This document shows, one piece after another, positions 7,801-15,353 of a DNA stretch of 17,109 nucleotides. The DNA comes from Paramicrosporidium saccamoebae KSL3 (taxonomy: Eukaryota; Fungi; Cryptomycota), in contig MTSL01000122.1 of assembly GCA_002794465.1 (NCBI GenBank), positions 1-17,109 on the forward strand, written 5' to 3'. Numbering within the stretch: the first letter of the stretch is position 1; each line of letters starts with the position of its first letter. Position numbers and translations under genes: made by a program. The notes beneath the pieces are model-generated. The model did no database searches. It was not told where the DNA came from and saw only the letters and a list, made by a program, of their open reading frames with translations.

Positions 7801-9428
7801 CTATTCGGGAATGATATGGGATCTTAAAGGTAGTAACACTTGGGCCTCGTCAGCTATACATGCCTGGTGTTTTATGCCCCGGAAGCAATAGTCGATCCTC
7901 AGCAGTTTGGCATGTCCCACTGCAATATCATAGAATCCCAGCAGATTTGACTTGCTACCCTTTTCTAAACATATTTGCGAATCAACAACAAGCATCTGTA
8001 GTGGGATTGTGACGTCCAGGACATTGGTTGGGTTGGGGGCCTGGAGGGGAGAACCCATGGGAGAGGCACGTTCATAGTAAGCACTTGTAATTATGAGGCC
8101 ATTGGGTTCTTCTTGCAGTCTTTTTCGCTGATAGAATGGTTCCATCAATGTCACTGCCATTGCCGTTTCGTTCCTCCGTTCCTCCACCAGATGAATCTGC
8201 GTGGCGACAAAGTCGCTCCAATACCGCTCCTTACAATGTCGTCTCCACGGCTCCAAAGCAAAATTGTGCACTACCAGCCCAACGAGGGAAGGAAGAGCAA
8301 CACCTAGGAGGATAGAGTGGGAGGAAAGTTCGCGGGAAATGTAGATGGGCAAGATGAGAGAGAGATCACGGAGGGTATGGACAATCTTGAGACCCACTCC
8401 AATGGGACCGGCTTCGAAATGAAAGGCAGTCTTTGTGTCAGAGTCCGAGGAACGCACCAAACCCAAACCGAGCAATACTGGGCCAGCCGTATTCAGTTTC
8501 ACCTTGAGAGTGTTAGTGTCATCCAATTGTTGGGCGTATTTTGCACTCAGACTGATGCGCTCATCGGCCAGTTGACAGGTCAACGAGGCAGGATTGGTCT
8601 CGCTGATGTAGCCGAGACCAGCTGCAATGTTACCATTACTAAAAGTGAGACTGGCTGCCAGTTGATCAACAATAGCCCGGGAGATGGTGACCTGATAGCC
8701 TGGTTCAATGGCGCCGCCATAGTAATCAGTGGTAAGCAATACGTCCATGCTCATTTTTTGAGAAAGTGCATAGGAAAGTCCCCATCCGAGACGACGCTGG
8801 CTGCCGACGGCAAACTCTAGTCGACCATAAAGTCGCTCGCTCATCTGTCGAGTGATGGTGCCGCTAACAATGCCATTTCCTTGACCATTCTTTGTAGCCG
8901 CTGAATAAGCGACGCTGTACGAGGTTCCATCCTCCAAAGTACCCTCTAATTTGTGTGTCAATGCAACGTTGCTGACTTGTGGCACGTAATCTGACCAGAC
9001 CAATTCATTCTGAATCGGCGTCCAATCCTCCAGCAACATGGACGCATCAATCCCTGCCGAAACAACGGTGCGACTGCGGAGGCCGCTACGACGACGAGCC
9101 AATTCATCGCGGAGCTTCTGCAAGTCGCCATCTAGATAGTCGCCCAGCTGCTTGGCGGCCTCCACACCCTGTATTCCGTGTTCGTCATATATTGGACGAA
9201 GCTGTGCATCGCTTAATACCGAGTAGGCAGTGTGAATTTTGTTGAATATGCACTGGGCCGCCGTCTTTTGCAGCTCATCGAGGTGTTTGTCGGGATGAAA
9301 GAGCACACACATTCGCCGGTAGGCATTCTTGACATCCTCATTCGTCGCCTAATTGTCAGTCCACTGCATTTCGATACGGTGCGGGAAACGTTTAGCAGAC
9401 TGTAATAGTCGGGCTGCGAGTCGGTCAT
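7801..9428 (-). CDS. DNAJC11: DnaJ subfamily C member 11-like (J domain plus C-terminal DUF3395), ~532 aa
   Basis: Exons are 9428-9378 and 9348-7801. The 29-nt intron 9377-9349 (GTATCG...ACTGACAATTAG) gives DYYSLLNVSRT|ATNEDVKNAYRRMCVLFHPDK (J domain with HPD). The C-terminal GLIITSAYY...VLDVTIPLQ...SKSNLLGFYD...LPLRSH is typical of the family. Confidence 0.88.
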
Positions 9429-9431
9429 GGG

Positions 9432-9871
9432 ATGGACCCCGTGGTTTCTGCATATCCCCGTCCACCCGACTACTTCAATGGGCTCAGCCTAGAGGAGATA
9501 CGGGCCATGGCTCCACCCTCCCCACCAGAACAAGAGTGTAGCACATTTGGCGTTCCAATTATGCGGGATGGTCAATGGTGTCCTGCCGTCTCGGCATTTA
9601 CCGAACTGGAGACTGAGAATAAGAGTGCGAGTGAGCTGGTCGCCTTGGCCAAGACGGTGAAGGAATCAGTGTTATTGAACTATTTGCAACTCTTGGAACA
9701 TGCCACCACACCGAGCGAGAATTGTTTAGAGGATTTAAAAAAGGCACAGCATGCATTTATGCACATTTTGGTCGAACTAAGGAGGAGACAGGTATTTCAT
9801 TAATTTGGATACTAACCGTTTAGAGTTTGCTTGCGGTTAGAGACGAATTGGAACGGCTGTTGAATGTTTAG
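9432..9871 (+). CDS. MED7: Mediator subunit 7-like protein, ~135 aa (short C-terminus)
   Basis: Exons are 9432-9791 and 9824-9871. The 32-nt intron 9792-9823 has a perfect TACTAAC branch point (9810-9816). Med7-like blocks are SAYPRPPDYF, PPSPP...STFG, SVLLNYLQLL and HILVELRRRQ|SLLAVRDELE. Confidence 0.6.
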
Positions 9872-10069
9872 CGCAACAAAGCCCCCATTACAAGCGCATG
9901 GCATGTTTCCATGCCTGTAATTTACTAGCACATTACGAGCAAATAATGTTGATTGATACTGGTGCGTGGTATGTTAGTAGACCCACCAGCACATTACTAG
10001 CACAATACTAATTGATATGAATATAAACGTCCACTTGCTCTGTTATTAATTACTAGGTCCTAGCGTGAT

Positions 10070-10381
10070 TCAGGCGATTTGGGCAATGGCAGCTTCCACC
10101 TTGCTTGGGTCGGCACCAACAACAGTCTCCACCTTTTTTCCATCCTTAAAGAACATGAATGTCGGCATGGCAGTAATTTGCATCGCACCGGCGATTTCTG
10201 CAGCCTGGTCCACGTCGACCTTGATAAACGTGACACCAGTGTACTTGGCGGCCCATTGTTCGAATTTGGGGGAGATGGCCTTGCAGGGACCGCACCAGAC
10301 GGCATAAAAGTCAATGGCGACGGGCTTGCCGCTAGAGATGAGCTCTTGGAGGGCGGACAGTGAGGTAACAGACTGGACCAT
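10070..10381 (-). CDS. TRX: Thioredoxin, 103 aa
   Basis: IDFYAVWCGPCKAISP active site, FIKVDVD, cis-Pro loop AMPTFMFFKDG and VVGADP. Confidence 0.97.
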   Translation of the reverse strand: MVQSVTSLSALQELISSGKPVAIDFYAVWCGPCKAISPKFEQWAAKYTGVTFIKVDVDQAAEIAGAMQITAMPTFMFFKDGKKVETVVGADPSKVEAAIAQIA

Positions 10382-10437
10382 AGCTAAGGGAAATACTATT
10401 TCGTTGTAACTCTGCCGCCTGAATCGTCAGAAAGCAG

Positions 10438-11041
10438 ATGGAAGGTGGGCCTTCGTAGCTTGTCTTAACCTGTACTAGAAGCTGCCATTAGACAGCGGCT
10501 ATTAACAGATGAAAAACTTTTCAAGAGGATAGCAAAGCGATATGTGACACTGGAAAAGTCACCCGTTCTGGAAGCCGACATGTACAGTCTTGGTTAATTG
10601 ACTCATTTTAGACCGCAGCTGCAGGTTGCCTTGCAAACAGAGTTGGAATTGTTAGAACTGTGTTTGGTCCGGCAAGAACGTTCCCTTCAGGTACATGGAA
10701 CGGAAGAGCAGTACTACAAAAGCGAGCAGACAAGGCTGGAGACGGAGAGGGCAACTCTTCAGGAGGAAATCTCCTCCCTGAAGGAAGTCTTGACTGTAGA
10801 AACGCGTCTCCGGTCAAACAAGGATGAGTACGATGCACTTGCCAAAAAGATTCTCAAGTATCCAACACGAGCCGAACTGATGGGGTCATTGGAGGAAGTT
10901 GAAGTTGACATCCTTGCCATGGCCAATCAGCAGGCTGACATCCAACGGTTCATCGAAAAGGACGCGCTTGCTGGATACGAAGCTATAAAAGCATTTAAAG
11001 AGGTAAAGAAGGATGTAGAGGCAGATCTTTGTTCCTTTTAA
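10438..11041 (+). CDS. THOC7: THO complex subunit 7 (Mft1/THOC7 family), ~179 aa
   Basis: Exons are 10438-10444, 10479-10581 and 10612-11041. Introns are 10445-10478 (34 nt, GTGGGC...CTAG) and 10582-10611 (30 nt, GTACAG...TTAG). The spliced N-terminus is MEEAAIRQRLLTDEKLFKRI, and the family motif NKDEYDALAKKILKYPTR is present. Confidence 0.8.
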
Positions 11042-11086
11042 TAAAGCATGTAAAATCTGGACGGTGGGTGCCGGGGATTGGTTGGG

Positions 11087-13603
11087 ATGAATCCTGAACA
11101 AGAGTATTATAGATTCGACCTTGATCGAACCCTCGGACTGATATGCACGCCGCTGTGCAACACCGTATACGACTCTAAGGGAAAATATGCCATCTCTGGA
11201 GCTTTAGAGTACATGTATGTATGGAACATTCGCACGGGCGAAGTGGTGCAAAAGTGGCACGATAGCTCGAATACGGCGCAGGCTGTGATTGTTGCGTCCT
11301 CTCCTGCAGACGCTAATGTGTTTGCAGTTGGATATTCTGATGGCACTGTCCGTCTCTGGAGCCTGAAAGATGGCAGTCTGGGGCTAGTATTTAGTGGACA
11401 CAAGAACCAAGTCACCTCTCTCGTCTTTGATGCGTCCGGAACAAGACTGGCCAGCGGTGGTCGCGATAATGCCATTGTTATCTGGGACTTGGTAAGCGAA
11501 ATGGGACTTTTCCGTCTAAACGGACACACCAGTGCTGTAAATGGACTATTTTTTACCAAAAATGGAAACGCCCTAATTTCCATCTCCAAAGATACGCTGC
11601 TAAAGGTATGGGACCTGCCCACCCAACACTGCGTCGAAACGGTAGTCCTGCACCACGCCGAGATTACTGATATTGTTGCAAGCCATGACGGAATCGTCAC
11701 TGTGGGGAGCGACAACAAAATGCGCCTTTTTACAGTAAATGAGGAGCACTTGACGACCAACACTGCAGAAGTGAGCATTGTGCAGCTGGTGGAAACTATC
11801 AACCGCAGTTCAAATGAGCGAGCCTTGACTATTGTAAGGGACCTGAAGGACAAGTATTTTGCTGTGCTTGGAGCAGACCGGTCTATTGAGATCTGGAAGC
11901 GTCGATCGGAGGAGGAGTATGCCAAGAAGAGTGGAAAGAAGAATGCATCTCGGTTCAAACAGGTCCGCTACACTCGTCTGCAGTCCAAGGCACGGTCTAT
12001 TGAGTTTACACCAGGCTGGAAGGAAAAATCTACCTTGAAGCTTTTGGCCGGATTCATGGACAACCAAATTGGCGAGGTCATTGTTCCCCTAGAGACCACG
12101 GGGGAGCTTTCCTATCCGGCGGCCATTGATGCTGCGGGTCATCGCGGAGAGTGCAAAACGTGTGCCTTTAATGCTGATGGAAGTCTGTTTGCCTCGGCGT
12201 CGAAGGAGTGTATTAAAGTCTGGAACCCGGAAACTGGTGCGCTTGTTAGAACCATTGAAAGCGAAGATTCCACCGCCCTTGCATTCCTAAGCGACGATTC
12301 GGGATTGATCATTGGTGACATGGAGGGAGTTATTCACTTGGCCGATCTTGCAAGTGGTGACATTTTAGACTCGAACAAGGCCCATGAGGGTGCAGTACGC
12401 TGCTTGGCTCTACGTCCTGATATGAAAGGCATGATGACGGGCAGTGCTGACAAGAGTATCAAATTTTGGGAATTTAAATCTTTAAAGGGCTCGGTGGGTA
12501 AAAAGCTAAAGATGATCAAGACTTTGCAGATGAACGACGAGGTTTTGGGCTTAAAGTATTCTCCGGACATTAAGTACATTGCCGCGGCAACGTTGGATCT
12601 GACCATCAAGGTGTTCTTTGAGGATTCGCTCCGATTCTATCTGTCACTATATGGACATAAATTGCCCGTCACTGGAATGGAGATTTCCGAGGACAGCAAA
12701 ATGCTGATTTCAGTCTCATCTGACAAGAATATTAAGATTTGGAGTCTTGAGTTTGGCGAATGCCGCAAGTCCATTTTCGGACACTCTGAGGCAATTACGG
12801 GCATTGTAATGATTCCGAGAACGAAACAGTTTATCACCTGCTCCAAAGACAAGACCATCAAGTACTGGGATGCTGAAAAGTTCCAAGAACTCCAAAAGAT
12901 AACTGCACATCAAGGCGAGATTTGGGCAATATGCATTAATCCGTCTGGTACCTCGATAGTTTCAGTTTCGAGAGATCGGTCCATCCGCGTTTGGAAGAGC
13001 GGGTCTGAGATGCTCTTTCCTGATGAAGAACGGGAATTGGAGCTCGAAAGCCAATTTGAAAAATCGCTGTTGGAGGACAACAAGCACGAACAAGAGGACC
13101 CGTCTGAGACTGGCCGTGCGCCTACCAAAACACTAACGTCGATGAAGGCGGGTGAACGCATCATGGAATGCATTGAGGCTGCTGATGACGAACGTCGCAA
13201 GTGGGACGAATATCATGCCACAAAATCGCAGGGATTGGCAGCACAAGAACCCACACCGGGTGCATTTTTCCTTGCACTTGGACGAGACAAGACGCCGTCC
13301 GAATTTGTAATGTCGGCCTTTGAGCGGATCCCTTTGCCTGATATTGAGGAAGCTTTGCTGTGCTTGCCGACAAAGTCGCTACCGTCGCTCCTTTACTATC
13401 TTCATGAATGGCTCAAGGGACGCCGTAATGTTGTGCTGAGCTCACGCATCTTGGATCTGATTCTTCGCCTGTTCCATCGGTCGATTATTGCCAACTCTGG
13501 ACTGCGAGTACTACTAGAGTCTATCCGTGACACTGAGCGAGAAACCTTAAAAGAGCTGAAGAATGTTATCGGATTCAACAATGTCTGTATGCAAATGGCC
13601 TAA
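11087..13603 (+). CDS. UTP12: WD40-repeat SSU processome subunit Utp12/Dip2/WDR3, ~838 aa
   Basis: The first in-frame ATG is 11087 (MNPEQEYYRF). Multiple WD repeats include GHKNQVTSLVFDASGTRLASGGRD, GLFRLNGH and LSLYGHKLPV...DKNIKIWSLEFGECRKSIFGH. The C-terminal Utp12 domain reads LPDIEEALLCLP...VIGFN. Confidence 0.93.
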   Translation: MNPEQEYYRFDLDRTLGLICTPLCNTVYDSKGKYAISGALEYMYVWNIRTGEVVQKWHDSSNTAQAVIVASSPADANVFAVGYSDGTVRLWSLKDGSLGLVFSGHKNQVTSLVFDASGTRLASGGRDNAIVIWDLVSEMGLFRLNGHTSAVNGLFFTKNGNALISISKDTLLKVWDLPTQHCVETVVLHHAEITDIVASHDGIVTVGSDNKMRLFTVNEEHLTTNTAEVSIVQLVETINRSSNERALTIVRDLKDKYFAVLGADRSIEIWKRRSEEEYAKKSGKKNASRFKQVRYTRLQSKARSIEFTPGWKEKSTLKLLAGFMDNQIGEVIVPLETTGELSYPAAIDAAGHRGECKTCAFNADGSLFASASKECIKVWNPETGALVRTIESEDSTALAFLSDDSGLIIGDMEGVIHLADLASGDILDSNKAHEGAVRCLALRPDMKGMMTGSADKSIKFWEFKSLKGSVGKKLKMIKTLQMNDEVLGLKYSPDIKYIAAATLDLTIKVFFEDSLRFYLSLYGHKLPVTGMEISEDSKMLISVSSDKNIKIWSLEFGECRKSIFGHSEAITGIVMIPRTKQFITCSKDKTIKYWDAEKFQELQKITAHQGEIWAICINPSGTSIVSVSRDRSIRVWKSGSEMLFPDEERELELESQFEKSLLEDNKHEQEDPSETGRAPTKTLTSMKAGERIMECIEAADDERRKWDEYHATKSQGLAAQEPTPGAFFLALGRDKTPSEFVMSAFERIPLPDIEEALLCLPTKSLPSLLYYLHEWLKGRRNVVLSSRILDLILRLFHRSIIANSGLRVLLESIRDTERETLKELKNVIGFNNVCMQMA

Positions 13604-13639
13604 TATAATATGTGAGTGTGTAGCAGATTAGAATTTTCC

Positions 13640-13645
13640 AATAAA
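13640..13645 (+). terminator. Canonical AATAAA polyadenylation signal of UTP12
   Basis: AATAAA lies 37 nt downstream of the UTP12 stop and upstream of the 51-bp repeat array. Confidence 0.45.
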
Positions 13646-13695
13646 GTCCATCAACAAACGGAAAGGAATGAGGGATGTTTTATATTAAAATATAT

Positions 13696-13954
13696 GGGAT
13701 CCGATGGACTTGGATTGTGCGACAGCCATCTAATATTTATCTAACCGGGATCCGATGGGCTTGGATTGTGCGACAGCCATCTAATATTTATCTAACCGGG
13801 ATCCGATGGGCTTGGATTGTGAGACATCCATCTAATATTATCTAATCGGGATCCGGTGGGCTTGGATTGTGAGACATCCATCTAATATTATCTAATCGGG
13901 ATCCGGTGGGCTTGGATTGTGAGACATCCATCTAATATTTATCTAATCGGGATC
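13696..13954. repeat. 50/51-bp intergenic minisatellite, 5 full copies plus a 6-nt partial
   Basis: Units start at 13696, 13747, 13798, 13848 and 13898, with a partial copy at 13949. The consensus is GGGATCCGRTGGGCTTGGATTGTGMGACAKCCATCTAATATT(T)ATCTAAYC. There are no spacers between copies. Confidence 0.97.
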
Positions 13955-14027
13955 ACTAAATCTCACATAACTGATGCAATTGGTATAGCTGCTGGAATAA
14001 ACGAGACCCCTGGTCGAATTCCTTTCC

Positions 14028-14915
14028 ATGGAGGTATAAGGCTCCTCTGGGCTTCTAAATGGCGTAGTTTGAAAGTAATGAGCCTGCCGAGGGTGCCTTT
14101 CCGGTTCGAGAACGTTCGGCTTCGCCGGAGCAAAGACGGTCTCGGTCGCGCAGCCGCTCTCCTGTACGTCAGAGGAACGAGTCCCCCCGCGGTCGTCCCA
14201 AGTACGGACCAAAGGTTTGGGAGCGCATCGTCGCTTGATTATTTAGGGAACTCCGGCACCCCCTTCCAATGTGCTCGGTATATTTGGACTGAGTCACTAC
14301 ACACGCCAACGGGACCTGGAAGATATTTTCAGCAAATATGGAAATATCAAGGAAGCAACCCTTGTGATGGACCGTCGAAGCAATCAGTCTCGAGGATTTG
14401 GCTTTATTTATTACGACAACATTGAAGATGCCGAGCGTGCGCTGAAAGAAACTAACGGAATGCGTCTTGATGGTCGCTACATTAGAGTCGACTTTTCAGC
14501 CACCAAGCGAGCCCACTCACCAACTCCAGGAAAGTATATGGGCGAGCGTGACTATCGCAGCAGCCACGATAACGACCGACAGAGATCGTATCGTTCTCGA
14601 TCAAGATCGCCCCGTCGTCGCGATCGAGACTCTCGAGACGCCAGGGACTCTAGAGACACTAGGGATTACCGCGACTATCGCGGCGATCGCAGTTATCGTT
14701 CCCGCGATGATCGTCCTCGACGTGATGATCGTTGGCAACGCGATGACCGTTTACAGCGTGACGATCGTTCATATCGTGACGATCGTTTTCAGCGTGATGA
14801 CCGCTCTCAACGCGATGACCGTTCACAACGTGACAGTCGTTCGTACCGCGAAAGTCGCCGTGCTTCCAGATCTCGGTCTCGCGCGAGATCTCGTTCAAGA
14901 TCACAGTCAAAGTAA
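14028..14915 (+). CDS. TRA2: Transformer-2-like SR splicing factor (RS1-RRM-RS/RD), ~273 aa
   Basis: Exons are 14028-14033, 14068-14214 and 14247-14915. Introns are 14034-14067 (34 nt, GTATAA...GTAG) and 14215-14246 (32 nt, GTTTGG...TTAG). The N-terminal RS tract is RSRSRSRSP. The RRM has Tra2-type PSNVLGIFGLSHYTRQRDLEDIFSKYG, RNP1 RGFGFIYY and RIRVDFS-like YIRVDFSATKRAHSPTPGKYMG. Confidence 0.88.
14703..14846 (+). repeat. Coding 18-nt repeat, 8 copies (RDDRxx hexapeptide)
   Basis: RDDRPR RDDRWQ RDDRLQ RDDRSY RDDRFQ RDDRSQ RDDRSQ RDSRSY. Confidence 0.9.
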
Positions 14916-15353
14916 CAAAATTGCAAGAGATCAGGAAAATATATTGAACAAGAAATTTATTGAGCATTAAGCGTGTTATTATTGAAGATCTTGTACAGCA
15001 AACAATCGCCATATAGAGCGAGTTGGTTTCATTAAAGGCGTTGTTAAACAGTATACACTTGTTATTGGTAATTCTGGTGGTGATCCTACAATCTAGTGAG
15101 TTGAGGGGGAGGAGTCTGTGTGCCATATGCTTTATTACAACAACTCGCTATTCAACAGGCACGTGGCTCTTCCCACTGCGCGACGTATCTACGAGGCAAG
15201 GATCCTAGGAAAGATCATATGAACTCACAATTCACAACCCATGGTTCACAGGTGTATACCCAGTCACAATTACATTGCTAAATAGTCGCGCAATTTGCCA
15301 CATCGGTCACATTAATTACTCGCGGGTCGAAATTGAGATATCGCCATTGCGGG

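Noticed and set aside
10384-10410. Possible 5' UTR intron upstream of thioredoxin (GTTACA...CCCTTAG on minus)
   Set aside because: The donor is weak, the 27-nt length is below the range of the other introns, and there is no coding constraint to test it.
11107-11958. 283-aa antisense ORF in UTP12, and similar antisense ORFs in SPF1, DNAJC11 and thioredoxin
   Set aside because: All lie wholly opposite well-supported genes and have no motifs or independent signals.
13583-13631. Possible extra 3' intron extending UTP12 (GTATGC at 13587)
   Set aside because: Every nearby AG gives a stop within 0-6 codons, so no conserved C-terminus is gained. The unspliced stop at 13603 is kept.
13696-13954. CRISPR array
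   Set aside because: The copies abut with no unique spacers, there are no cas genes, and the context is eukaryotic. It is a minisatellite.
13919-14425. 168-aa plus-strand ORF overlapping TRA2
   Set aside because: It starts inside the minisatellite at a non-ATG codon, runs through both TRA2 introns in an alternative frame, and has no family features.
14467-15126. ORFs 14467-14970 (+) and 14659-15126 (-)
   Set aside because: These are frame and antisense shadows of the stop-poor RD/RS repeat. The MAHRLL start resembles Pam16 only superficially, with no J-like domain downstream.
15010-15200. U5 loop-I-like GCCTTTAAT, SRP Alu-like CGTGCCTGT and RNase P-like GGGAAG fragments on the minus strand
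   Set aside because: The matches are short and imperfect, and I could not identify supporting stems or Sm sites.
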